The notes under the pieces: generated by a model
What the model saw: the letters and a program-made list of their open reading frames with translations, nothing else
Told to the model about the DNA's origin: nothing
The model's database searches: none
Source of the DNA: Patescibacteria group bacterium
Lineage (GTDB): Bacteria; Patescibacteriota; Minisyncoccia; Phycocordibacterales; UBA9973
Length of the DNA: 64,000 nucleotides
Direction: 5' to 3'
Assembly: GCA_040390725.1 (NCBI GenBank)
Contig: JAZJXT010000005.1
Span: 13,301-77,300 of the forward strand
Shown here: piece by piece, positions 55,239-64,000 of the stretch
How the letters are laid out: each line of letters starts with the position of its first letter
How positions within the stretch are numbered: the first letter of the stretch is position 1
Translations under genes and position numbers: made by a program

Positions 55239-56954
55239 GTGAAAGAAGAAATTTTGAAATTTTTTAAAGGGGAAGTGGAAAATGATGATGAGACCCTTTC
55301 GAAGTATTCGCATGATGCGAGTATTTTTACCGTTCGACCGCAAGTAGTTTGTTTCCCGAAAGATTCAGAAGATGTGCAGAATTTAGTGAAATGGGTGGAT
55401 GAAAATACTGAAAAGTATAAGGGGCTTTCCATTACTGCACGATGCGCCGGTACGGACATGTCTGGGGGCTCTATAAATGAATCAATTATTTTGGATTTTA
55501 CAAGGCATATGAATCAATTAATTGCATGGGGCGAAAGTGCTATTACTGTGCAACCCGGTATGTTTTACAGAGATTTTGAAAAAATAACTTTGGAGAAAAA
55601 TTTAATTTTGCCATGCTATACTGCTTCGAAAAATATCAATGCAATGGGTGGTATGTATGGCAATAATTCCGCAGGTGAGAGGACTTTGAGTTATGGCAAG
55701 ACTGAGGATTATGTGATGGAAGCAAAAGTTGTATTTGCGGATGGAGTGGAAAGAATAGTAAAGCCCGTGCCTCTCGAAGATATTTCAAAACAAGAATATA
55801 TTTACAGAAAAGTTTATGATTTAATAAAAGAAAATGAAGAAGAAATAAAAAATGCAAAGCCGAATGTCCACAAAAATTCCGCGGGGTATTATTTGTGGAA
55901 TGTTATAAAAAGTCGTCCTGTAGAAAATTCCTCCGGCTTGACCCTTCCCGGATTATCGGGTGGGACCCACACCGTTCAGAATTCTCCACAGGGCGACTTT
56001 TTTGACTTGAATAGACTTCTCGTCGGTTCGCAAGGCACACTCGGTATAGCTACGGAAATAACTTTTAAATTAGTAAAACCGAAACCTTATACGAATTTGG
56101 TAGTGGTATTTTTGCGAGATATGAGTATCTTGCCGGATTTGGTAAACAAAATTTTGAAATTTAATCCTCAGACTATCGAGACCTATGATGACAAGACTTT
56201 TTTACTTGTCTTGAAATACATTTATAGTTTTATAAAATTATTAGGATTTAAAAATTTCTTCAAACTTATTTTTTCTTTCGGACCGGAAACGATGATGACT
56301 TTGCGACACGGTTTCCCTAGATTGATAATGCTTGTAGAATTTACCGGAGATACTGAAAATGAAACAAATAAAAAAACACAAGATGCTTTGGTTGAATTAA
56401 AAAAGATAAAAAAAATAGGTGTGCATTTAGCAAAAAATGAATTTGAGGCAAAGAAATATTGGACTATTCGCCGCGAAGCTTTTAATCTGATTCGTTATCA
56501 TTTGAAGAAACAAAAATCAGAACCTTTTGTGGATGATGTGATAGTGCGTCCGGAAAAACTACCGGAATTTTTCCCAGCAGTTTATAAAATTTTAAATGAA
56601 TATAAAGATAAAATGACTTTTGCTGTGGGCGGACACGCCGGCGATGGCAATATGCATATTTACACATTGCTCGATCCAAAAGAGCCCGCACTCAAAGACA
56701 TAGTGATGGATGTGTCTGAAAAAGTTTATGACCTCGTCGCGCGCCTTGGCGGATCAATCACAGCTGAACACAATGACGGCATTATTCGCACGCCATTTTT
56801 GGAAAAAATGTATAGTCCAAAAATTTTAGAATTATTTAAGGAAGTGAAAGAAATATTTGACCCGAAATATATTTTTAATCCTGGTAAAAAAGTCCCCATG
56901 CCCGGTGCTCAGATAGGCGGTAAAGAATACATCGCGGCTCACATTACCAAGTAA
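55239..56954 (+). CDS. FAD-binding oxidoreductase (GlcD/D-lactate dehydrogenase family)
   Basis: RCAGTDMSG, GSQGTLG, GHAGDGNMH, SITAEHNDG, FDPKYIFNPGK. Confidence 0.9.
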   Translation: MKEEILKFFKGEVENDDETLSKYSHDASIFTVRPQVVCFPKDSEDVQNLVKWVDENTEKYKGLSITARCAGTDMSGGSINESIILDFTRHMNQLIAWGESAITVQPGMFYRDFEKITLEKNLILPCYTASKNINAMGGMYGNNSAGERTLSYGKTEDYVMEAKVVFADGVERIVKPVPLEDISKQEYIYRKVYDLIKENEEEIKNAKPNVHKNSAGYYLWNVIKSRPVENSSGLTLPGLSGGTHTVQNSPQGDFFDLNRLLVGSQGTLGIATEITFKLVKPKPYTNLVVVFLRDMSILPDLVNKILKFNPQTIETYDDKTFLLVLKYIYSFIKLLGFKNFFKLIFSFGPETMMTLRHGFPRLIMLVEFTGDTENETNKKTQDALVELKKIKKIGVHLAKNEFEAKKYWTIRREAFNLIRYHLKKQKSEPFVDDVIVRPEKLPEFFPAVYKILNEYKDKMTFAVGGHAGDGNMHIYTLLDPKEPALKDIVMDVSEKVYDLVARLGGSITAEHNDGIIRTPFLEKMYSPKILELFKEVKEIFDPKYIFNPGKKVPMPGAQIGGKEYIAAHITK

Positions 56955-56991
56955 AATTTGCATTTTTTAAAAATTTGTATATAATAGCTGA

Positions 56992-57630
56992 ATGTTTAAA
57001 TTAACGGCAAAAAATAGAGATGGTAAAGAGAATTTGACTAAAATGCGACTAGCGGGGGAATTGCCTGCAGTATTTTACGGAATGGGTAAAAAGACCACTT
57101 CTATTTCTGTTTCTAAAATTGAGTTTAAAAAAGTTTGGCACAAGGCTGGGGAGTCTTCGACTGTGACTCTCACTACTCCGGATGGAGTTGTGGATGTTCT
57201 TATTCACGAAGTCCAGGTAGACCCTATTACTGACGAGCCTACACACATTGATTTCCTAGTAGTTGATATGAACAAGAAATTAAAGGTTAATGTACCGTTA
57301 GTTTTCGAAGGTATTTCTGCTGCTGTAAAGAGTGGTGTAGGTACTCTCGTAAAAGTTCTCCACGAAGTCGAAGTCGAAGGTCTACCAAAAGATTTACCTC
57401 ACGATATTATCGTTGATATTTCCAAATTAGCAGAATTGCACAGCCAGATTTTGGTTTCTGATCTTAGCCTTGGAAAAGGTGTAGAAATGATCACTAAAGG
57501 TACTGAAGTTGTAGCATCTATCGCAGAACAAAAAGAAGAAAAAGAAGAAACCAACGAACCAGTTGATTTATCTAAAATAGAAGTTGAAAAGAAAGGCAAG
57601 AAAGAAGAGGAGGTTCCAGCTGCTGAATAA
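56992..57630 (+). CDS. rplY: 50S ribosomal protein L25/Ctc
   Basis: LPAVFYG, VQVDP...HIDF, C-terminal beta domain. Confidence 0.93.
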   Translation: MFKLTAKNRDGKENLTKMRLAGELPAVFYGMGKKTTSISVSKIEFKKVWHKAGESSTVTLTTPDGVVDVLIHEVQVDPITDEPTHIDFLVVDMNKKLKVNVPLVFEGISAAVKSGVGTLVKVLHEVEVEGLPKDLPHDIIVDISKLAELHSQILVSDLSLGKGVEMITKGTEVVASIAEQKEEKEETNEPVDLSKIEVEKKGKKEEEVPAAE

Positions 57631-57660
57631 AATATTTAAATTTTATGCTATACTAAAGCT

Positions 57661-59016
57661 ATGACAAAACAGACAGTCATAGCTTTTTTTGTTGCGATAT
57701 TTTTACTGTCGGGTATTTCGGCGCGGATGGTACGAGCGGATGCTGATTGCTCTGATAAAACTTATGCGCAAAATAATGAATCGGCTTGCAGGGGCGAGCT
57801 CGACCAGCTCTTGAAAGACGAGGCTGATCTCGAGGCAAAATTAAAAGAGCAAAATAAACAAACAGGAACATTGAAAGGGGATGTGACGGCTTTGACGACG
57901 CAGATAAATGCTTTAAAAACAAAAATAAAAGCGCGAGGCCTGGTGATAGCACAGCTCAAAGTTTCCATCACAGAAAAAGTGGCTAGGATAGATGCATTGA
58001 CTACTAAAATAGACCGCGAGCATGCATCACTTGCACAGCTCTTGCGTAATACAAATGAATTCGACAATGATAATCTCGTACATGTAGTTTTGTCGGATAA
58101 AAGTATTTCGAATTTTTATCAAGATCTGGATTCTTATGCTTCTATAAAAGATGCTATTAAATTTTCTGTTCAACAAGTGACAGGAGTAAAAGTAGAAACA
58201 GAGGCGCAGAAAAAAGATTTGGAAACTAAAAAAAATGCAGAGACCGACGCGCAGGCGCAACTACAAGATGCACAAAAACAAGTAGCACAAACAGAAGCAG
58301 AAAAAAAACAACTCCTAGCTATTTCAAAAAGTAAAGAAACAGAATACACAAAACTCGCCGCTGAGAAAAAAATAAGAGCAGGGAAAATAAAAGCTGCGCT
58401 TTTCAGATTGCGTGATACAAATGCAATACCTTTCAGTGTGGCATTGGAATATGCAAATATTGCTTCGCAAAAAACAGGTGTACGCCCAGCATTTATTTTG
58501 GGAATTTTAACACAAGAGAGTAATCTAGGTACCGACCAAGGTTCTTGTTATTTGACTGATAAATATAGCGGGGCGGGGATATCTTCAAAGAGTGGCAGGT
58601 CCTTTGGTAAAGTTATGAGTCCTACTCGTGATGTGCCTCCATTTTTTGATATTACAAGTTCCCTTGGTTTGGATCCTTTTAAGACTCTCGTGTCTTGTCC
58701 TATTGGCGGGTATGGTTGGGGCGGGGCAATGGGTCCGGCACAATTTATTCCTTCTACTTGGATAGGTATTGCAAATAAAGTTGCCGGAGCATTAGGCATA
58801 TCCAGTGCTGACCCATGGGAACCTCGAGATGCATTTATGGCGTCAGGAATTTTCTTGGCTGATTTGGGTGCGACATCCGGCAGTTTTTCTTCTGAGATGC
58901 GAGCAGCTTGTAAATATTATGGTACGGGAGGGTCGAGTTGTGCTTATGGCAGGAGTGTAATGAAAAAAACCGCTGACATCCAAGACAATATAAACTTTAT
59001 TGAAAAAAATAAATAA
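57661..59016 (+). CDS. Secreted coiled-coil protein with C-terminal lytic transglycosylase domain
   Basis: Signal peptide, long coiled coil, ILTQES, GAMGPAQFIPSTW, ADPW. Confidence 0.85.
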   Translation: MTKQTVIAFFVAIFLLSGISARMVRADADCSDKTYAQNNESACRGELDQLLKDEADLEAKLKEQNKQTGTLKGDVTALTTQINALKTKIKARGLVIAQLKVSITEKVARIDALTTKIDREHASLAQLLRNTNEFDNDNLVHVVLSDKSISNFYQDLDSYASIKDAIKFSVQQVTGVKVETEAQKKDLETKKNAETDAQAQLQDAQKQVAQTEAEKKQLLAISKSKETEYTKLAAEKKIRAGKIKAALFRLRDTNAIPFSVALEYANIASQKTGVRPAFILGILTQESNLGTDQGSCYLTDKYSGAGISSKSGRSFGKVMSPTRDVPPFFDITSSLGLDPFKTLVSCPIGGYGWGGAMGPAQFIPSTWIGIANKVAGALGISSADPWEPRDAFMASGIFLADLGATSGSFSSEMRAACKYYGTGGSSCAYGRSVMKKTADIQDNINFIEKNK

Positions 59017-59028
59017 CCAATTTATTCT

Positions 59029-59808
59029 GTGAAAAATTATAATTATAAAATTAATCTGGGTCTAATTATTTTCTTCTTTTTTTTTATATGCGCGACGAAT
59101 GTTTTTGCTGTTACAGAAATTACTAAAAAAAGCACAGCATACCAAGTACCTATTTTAGTTTATCATTCTTTCGGTCCAATGCATTTTAAAACGGAAAGCA
59201 ATATGCAAAAACATTATCGAGTGACTGCGAGTGCTTTTGAAAATCAGATGAAATATTTATCAGAAAATAATTATCATCCCATAAGTTTTGCTGATTATGT
59301 TAAAAGTTTAAAAAATAATACGGTGTTACCGGAGAAGGCAGTTATTCTAACTTTTGATGACGGATGGAAAACTCAATATACTTACGCCGTGCCTGTTTTA
59401 GAAAAATACCACTTTACGGCAACTTTTTTTATTGTCACTAAAACAATTGGCGGAGCTTTTATGAACTGGGATAATTTGAAAGATTTGGTGGCGAAAGGTT
59501 TTGATATTGAATCGCATACTCAAACGCACCCCTTTCTTACAAAAGTCAGTTCGGATAAATTAAAAGATGAAGTAACTTTGAGTAAAAAAACTCTCGAAGA
59601 AAAACTCGGTATAAAAGTGACTACTATTGCATATCCGAATTATCTGCAAAATCAAACAGTGCGTGATGCCGTAAAAACTGCCGGTTATGATGGCGCTCGT
59701 GGTGGCTGGGCTAAATTCAAGAATTCTACGGAACATATTTATGAATTAACTTCGCAAGAAGCGGTAAATAACCCAAATCCTTTTTTGAGTAAACGCCTAC
59801 CGGATTAG
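59029..59808 (+). CDS. Polysaccharide deacetylase (CE4)
   Basis: VPILVYH, LTFDDG, ATFF, SHTQTH, AYP. Confidence 0.92.
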   Translation: MKNYNYKINLGLIIFFFFFICATNVFAVTEITKKSTAYQVPILVYHSFGPMHFKTESNMQKHYRVTASAFENQMKYLSENNYHPISFADYVKSLKNNTVLPEKAVILTFDDGWKTQYTYAVPVLEKYHFTATFFIVTKTIGGAFMNWDNLKDLVAKGFDIESHTQTHPFLTKVSSDKLKDEVTLSKKTLEEKLGIKVTTIAYPNYLQNQTVRDAVKTAGYDGARGGWAKFKNSTEHIYELTSQEAVNNPNPFLSKRLPD

Positions 59809-59858
59809 TTAAATTTACTCGATTTGCAAAAGATTTTAATGTGTGATAAGCTCTTCAT

Positions 59859-60080
59859 ATGCAAAAAGCAATACATCCAAAATACAGCGATAAAACAAAG
59901 GCGACCTGCGCTTGCGGGGCGGTCTTTGAAGTCGGCTCAACTATGCCTGAAGTAACAGTGGAAATCTGCAGTCAATGCCACCCTTTTTATACTGGTAATG
60001 AAAAAGTTCTAGATACTGCCGGACGAGTAAATCGCTTCAACAAGCGCCGAGCCGCAGCTCCTGTAAAAGCTAAGAAGTAA
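59859..60080 (+). CDS. rpmE: 50S ribosomal protein L31 (Zn-binding type)
   Basis: IHPKY...CACG...[12 protein letters not shown]...GRV. Confidence 0.97.
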   Translation: MQKAIHPKYSDKTKATCACGAVFEVGSTMPEVTVEICSQCHPFYTGNEKVLDTAGRVNRFNKRRAAAPVKAKK

Positions 60081-60085
60081 ACGAT

Positions 60086-60169
60086 TACCCTGTTGAAGAA
60101 TTTTTGCGCCTTCGCCCTCGGAGACATAGGACAGGGAACCCACGACGCTTTAAATTCTTCAACAGGGTA
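60086..60169. repeat. MITE-like element with perfect 18-bp terminal inverted repeats
   Basis: TACCCTGTTGAAGAATTT ... AAATTCTTCAACAGGGTA; related to the in-frame insert at 55907-56002. Confidence 0.75.
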
Positions 60170-60190
60170 TTTTCGTGATTAAAAATATTT

Positions 60191-61162
60191 ATGAACTTAG
60201 ATCTCGAAGAATTAAAAAAAAATCACAAGACTAATTATTTGGCGGGTGTTTTAGAGCGGTTGAATAGAGAAGAATCAGAAGTACGGGATATGCTGGATAG
60301 TGATGCATCTTTACATGAAATGGCGTCCGCAGAATTGAAAACTATTCAAGAACAAAAAGATACGACAGAAAAACAAATTCAAGATATTTTAGATAAAGAA
60401 AAAGAGGAAGAAGAAATAACAAATGAAATAGTTTTGGAAGTGCGAGCAGGTGCCGGTGGAGATGAAGCGTCTCTTTTTGCGTGGAGGCTCGCGCATATGT
60501 ATGAGAAATTTGCCGAGGCAAAAGGCTGGCAATGGCATACGAATTATGAATCCAAAAGTGATGTAGATGGTTACAAAGAAGCGAGCTTTGAAATAAAAGG
60601 AAAAGGCGTGTACGATATGTTGCGTTATGAGACTGGCGTGCACAGAGTGCAGAGAATTCCTTCTACGGAAAAAAACGGACGAGTGCATACATCTACGGCG
60701 TCAGTAGCAGTTTTACCGATTCGCAAAAAAGTTAATTTTGAAATCAATCCAGCTGACCTCGAAATGGAATATTCTCGTTCCGGTGGAAAAGGCGGGCAGA
60801 ATGTGAATAAAGTTGAAACTGCTGTGCGTTTGATTCACAAGCCTACAGGCCTCGATGTGCGTTCTACAAATGAACGTAGTCAGCAAGCGAATCGTGAGAG
60901 AGCATTATCTATTTTGACCGCAAAAATTCAGCAATTAAAAGAAGAAGAAGAAGCGAAAAAATATTCTGGTGAGCGCAAAGCGCAAATAGGCACAGGGGAC
61001 AGAAGTGAGAAAATCCGCACTTATAATTTTCCTCAAGACCGCATCACCGACCATCGTATCAAAAAATCTTGGCATAACTTGCCGAAAATAATGGAAGGTG
61101 AAATAGCAGAAATAATCGAAGCCATAAACTCCGGCGAGACAGGGGACGAAGAAGAGGAATAA
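60191..61162 (+). CDS. prfA: Peptide chain release factor 1
   Basis: [20 protein letters not shown] (PxT), [19 protein letters not shown]. Confidence 0.95.
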   Translation: MNLDLEELKKNHKTNYLAGVLERLNREESEVRDMLDSDASLHEMASAELKTIQEQKDTTEKQIQDILDKEKEEEEITNEIVLEVRAGAGGDEASLFAWRLAHMYEKFAEAKGWQWHTNYESKSDVDGYKEASFEIKGKGVYDMLRYETGVHRVQRIPSTEKNGRVHTSTASVAVLPIRKKVNFEINPADLEMEYSRSGGKGGQNVNKVETAVRLIHKPTGLDVRSTNERSQQANRERALSILTAKIQQLKEEEEAKKYSGERKAQIGTGDRSEKIRTYNFPQDRITDHRIKKSWHNLPKIMEGEIAEIIEAINSGETGDEEEE

Positions 61163-61198
61163 TTTTTATTTTTTCTATAAAAATGCTAATATATAAGG

Positions 61199-61969
61199 GT
61201 GGAAAATGAAGTTTTAGAAAATGCTTATGTCATAAAAACTGCCGGATTTGAAGGCCCTTTTGGGCTTCTTTTGAATTTGATTGAGGCTCGGAAACTTTTT
61301 GTGAATGATATTTCGTTGGCGCAAGTTACTGAGGATTATTTGAAATATGTGAATAATTTAGGTGGTTTGAGTCCTGCTGAAGTTTCAAGTTTTGTGGTAG
61401 TAGCGGCGACTTTAATTTTAATAAAATCAAAATCACTTTTGCCGAATTTAGCTCTGACTGATGAAGAAGAAAGTGACATTAAAAATCTGGAAGACAGATT
61501 AAAACTTTATGAAATTTATTCAAAACTATCTTTGAATATTAAAGAAAATTTTGGGAAGAAAATAATTTTTGCTCCATTAGAAAGAAAAAACGATATTCTA
61601 GTATTTTTACCGGATGATCAAATAACAAAAGAAAGTATGATGATGTTTGTAGAAGGCGCATTGGGTAGAATGCCAAAGAAAACTTTCTTGCCGGAAGTAG
61701 AAGTAAAAAAAGTTATCAGTATTGAGGAAATGATAGATAAATTGACAGCGAGGATTCAGGACAGCTTGCGGATGAATTTCAAAGATTTTGCAGGTGGTGC
61801 ACAAACAAAAGAAGAAAGAGTGGTTGTGATTGTTGGGTTTCTTGCTATGCTAGAATTAGTGCGTGGAGGAATATTGAATGCCATGCAGGATAATAATTTT
61901 GAAGATATTATAATTGAGAAATCTGCTCCAGTAGAATTGGAGCAAGTGGAAATAATAGTAGAAAATTAA
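61199..61969 (+). CDS. scpA: Segregation and condensation protein A (kleisin)
   Basis: FEGPFGLLL, IKSKSLLP, FLAMLEL. Confidence 0.92.
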   Translation: MENEVLENAYVIKTAGFEGPFGLLLNLIEARKLFVNDISLAQVTEDYLKYVNNLGGLSPAEVSSFVVVAATLILIKSKSLLPNLALTDEEESDIKNLEDRLKLYEIYSKLSLNIKENFGKKIIFAPLERKNDILVFLPDDQITKESMMMFVEGALGRMPKKTFLPEVEVKKVISIEEMIDKLTARIQDSLRMNFKDFAGGAQTKEERVVVIVGFLAMLELVRGGILNAMQDNNFEDIIIEKSAPVELEQVEIIVEN

Positions 61970-61973
61970 TTTT

Positions 61974-62546
61974 ATGAATATTGAACAAAAAATAGAAGCA
62001 TTACTTTTCTGGAAAGGCGAGCCATTGTCACGAAAAAAACTTTCAGAAATTTTGGAAGTCGGTCAAAACGAAATCAACGAAGGAATAGAAAAATTAAAAG
62101 AGAGTTTGTCAGGTCGGGGGATTGTTTTACAAGAAAAAGAAAATGAGATAACGCTAGGTACAATGCCTGAGCTATCGGAACTTTTTGAAAAATTACAGAA
62201 AGAGGAATTGAATAGAGAATTATCAAAAGCAAGCCTCGAGACTTTGTCTATTCTTTTATATAAAAATGGTGCGAGTCGGGCAGAGATTGATTATATTCGA
62301 GGGGTGAATTCTAGCTTTATTTTGCGAGCTTTGGCCATACGTGGGCTTGTGGAAAAAGTTATTGATACAGCAGATAATCGTAGATATATTTACAAGCCGA
62401 CTTTTGATTTGTTGTCATTTATGGGAGTAAAATCAGTAGAGGAATTGCCGGGGTATGCTGAATTAAATGGAGCGATTGAAAATACGTCAGAGGAATTAGC
62501 AAAAGAGGAAATACTGAGAGAAGAAAATGGAGCAGATCCAGAATAA
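61974..62546 (+). CDS. scpB: Segregation and condensation protein B
   Basis: IEALLF, LSKASLETL, IDYIRGVNS, ELP. Confidence 0.93.
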   Translation: MNIEQKIEALLFWKGEPLSRKKLSEILEVGQNEINEGIEKLKESLSGRGIVLQEKENEITLGTMPELSELFEKLQKEELNRELSKASLETLSILLYKNGASRAEIDYIRGVNSSFILRALAIRGLVEKVIDTADNRRYIYKPTFDLLSFMGVKSVEELPGYAELNGAIENTSEELAKEEILREENGADPE

Positions 62547-63423
62547 AAAATATCTTTATATATTTATAATTGTTTGCGTACTTTTGCAGGCAGTTTTATT
62601 TTCCTTTGGTAATTTTAAAGTTACTCACGAATTTAATCGTGAAGAAAAAAAGTTTACACAAATGCAAAATGCCCTGGTGGGTGTAAACGTCGAAGCAAAA
62701 GCATTTTCTGTTTATGATATTACTACAAATAAAGAAATTTATGGCAAAAATCAAAATATGCCATTTCCTTTGGCTTCGCTGGTAAAGACGATGACTGTAC
62801 TGGCAGTACTTGATAAGAAAAATTTAGATGAAGTTGTTTCTATTTCTCATGATGCAATTTCTCAAAAAGAAGATAGTGGACTTTTTAGAGGCGAGAAATG
62901 GAAAATGGGGGATTTGGCGCGCTTAACCTTGATTTCTTCTGCGAATGATGGCGCCTATGCTCTTTCTGAAACTGATGAAAATATTTTAGAAAAAATGAAT
63001 GCAAAAGCGAAAAGACTAGGCATGCATAATACTAATTTTTTAAATGCTACGGGATTAGATATTGATAAAAATACTGTGGGCGCGTATGGGTCAGCGTTCG
63101 ATATGAATATCATGGCCAGTTTTGCATTAAAGGCCTTGCCGGAGATTTTTCATGTTACAACTTTATCGGAAATAACTTTGACTTCTGATTCCGGTTTTGT
63201 TCATAATGTAAAAAATACTGACACAATAACTGAGAAAATTCCAAATATACTTTTTTCTAAAACAGGCTATACGGACATAACAGGAGGGAATTTATCTATA
63301 ATTTTTAAAAATAAAAATGGCCATGATATTGCTATCACCGTGCTCGGCTCTACTTTTTTGGGTCGTTTTTCTGATATGGAAAATTTAGTCAATGCGTTAT
63401 ATAATTTAAATTTTGAAAATTAA
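62527..63423 (+). CDS. D-alanyl-D-alanine carboxypeptidase (peptidase S11)
   Basis: ASLVKTMT (SxxK), SAN (SxN), KTG. Confidence 0.9.
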   Translation: MEQIQNKKYLYIFIIVCVLLQAVLFSFGNFKVTHEFNREEKKFTQMQNALVGVNVEAKAFSVYDITTNKEIYGKNQNMPFPLASLVKTMTVLAVLDKKNLDEVVSISHDAISQKEDSGLFRGEKWKMGDLARLTLISSANDGAYALSETDENILEKMNAKAKRLGMHNTNFLNATGLDIDKNTVGAYGSAFDMNIMASFALKALPEIFHVTTLSEITLTSDSGFVHNVKNTDTITEKIPNILFSKTGYTDITGGNLSIIFKNKNGHDIAITVLGSTFLGRFSDMENLVNALYNLNFEN

Positions 63424-63453
63424 AAACACCCTTTAAGGTCGGGGTGTTTTTAA
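63420..63453. terminator. Bidirectional terminator
   Basis: TTAAAAACACCC...GGGTGTTTTTAA between convergent genes. Confidence 0.8.
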
Positions 63454-63463
63454 TCTGTGTTTT

Positions 63464-64000
63464 TTAGTAAACTGATCCGGAAGACACGCTTTTTACTTTT
63501 ATTATATTGTCGATAACATCAAATTTTGCGTTAGTGTTTAACTCAAAATTTAATTTAACAGTGCCATCGATATCCATGCCGTTTGTGTCATCGCTGTCAG
63601 TATGACCTCCTCCTATTTTTACGACATTATTAGTATCTATGTCTACACTTGCACTGCTTTTGGTTTCAGTTTTGACAACTGGAGCGAAAATGTACCCACC
63701 ATTTCCTGTCACATGAAGTGACTTGCTAGCCATAAAGTCAAAATTAACGCTGGAAGTCTCTCCGTTGCTTACCACTAGAACAGTGTTGATTTTGAGCTCT
63801 CCAGAAGGGAGTTTCGCTTCTTTCACAGTTCCATTTTTCATTTTTATCATCACGCTGCTTACCATCAAGCGAACTTGATCATAAGTTCCAGTTGGTGCTG
63901 AAATGCTCGCCAGAAATGAATTTTCATTATTCGCTTTTAATGCAAGTAAGTTGTAAGTGTAAGGGGTAGTTGTAACGGTAGTCCAACCATTCGCCTCACT
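63464..64000 (-). CDS. DUF4382-like protein (5' part outside the window)
   Basis: Frame open to the window edge: GWTTV...YNLLAL...GTYDQVRL...LPSGELK...DF..SKS...YIFAPV. Confidence 0.7.
   Translation of the reverse strand, partial: SEANGWTTVTTTPYTYNLLALKANNENSFLASISAPTGTYDQVRLMVSSVMIKMKNGTVKEAKLPSGELKINTVLVVSNGETSSVNFDFMASKSLHVTGNGGYIFAPVVKTETKSSASVDIDTNNVVKIGGGHTDSDDTNGMDIDGTVKLNFELNTNAKFDVIDNIIKVKSVSSGSVY

Noticed and set aside
383-61804. Numerous 60-160 aa antisense or alternate-frame ORFs overlapping housekeeping genes
   Set aside because: Shadow ORFs with Phe/Ser/Ile-rich composition typical of antisense reading; no motifs or independent expression signals
1-64000. Alternative genetic code 25 (UGA = Gly), as in Gracilibacteria/Absconditabacteria
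   Set aside because: Long conserved genes are uninterrupted under code 11, and TGA terminates ORFs at 15036 and 35612

Overview
Bacterial chromosomal segment, AT-rich, genetic code 11 (TGA is used as a stop), with mostly plus-strand housekeeping genes. Compact RpoB/SMC/UvrC, the NusB-NUDIX fusion, pervasive leaderless promoters and ORFans are consistent with a CPR/Patescibacteria (Parcubacteria-like) genome; this is inference, not a search result. Core content: rpmF-nusB-rnc-smc, rnr, rpsP-khpA-trmD, rpoB-rpoC-dnaG-rpoD, uvrA/uvrC, secA-murE-murD-murC, dnaE, obgE, gatB, class I aldolase, rplY, rpmE-prfA-scpA-scpB and several cell-wall enzymes. No rRNA, tRNA, CRISPR array or intact transposase was recognised. 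Main observations: (1) a winged-helix + Cas2-like (PaaX-type) gene bracketed by two inverted copies of a 34-bp near-palindrome, with a third solo copy 45 kb away at the edge of an ORFan island; (2) an internally deleted DUF559 nuclease gene inside 25-bp perfect inverted REP-like repeats, plus several palindromic repeat families inserted in frame in uvrC, uvrA, dnaE, gatB and an FAD oxidoreductase; (3) a Janus/Ocnus (PHPT1 phosphohistidine phosphatase)-like ORF; (4) a stand-alone 24-aa Lys-rich peptide gene, a candidate rod-shaped ncRNA and a poly-G promoter spacer; (5) rifampicin-resistance-type residues in RpoB. Family assignments come from motif recognition by eye; no database searches were run.
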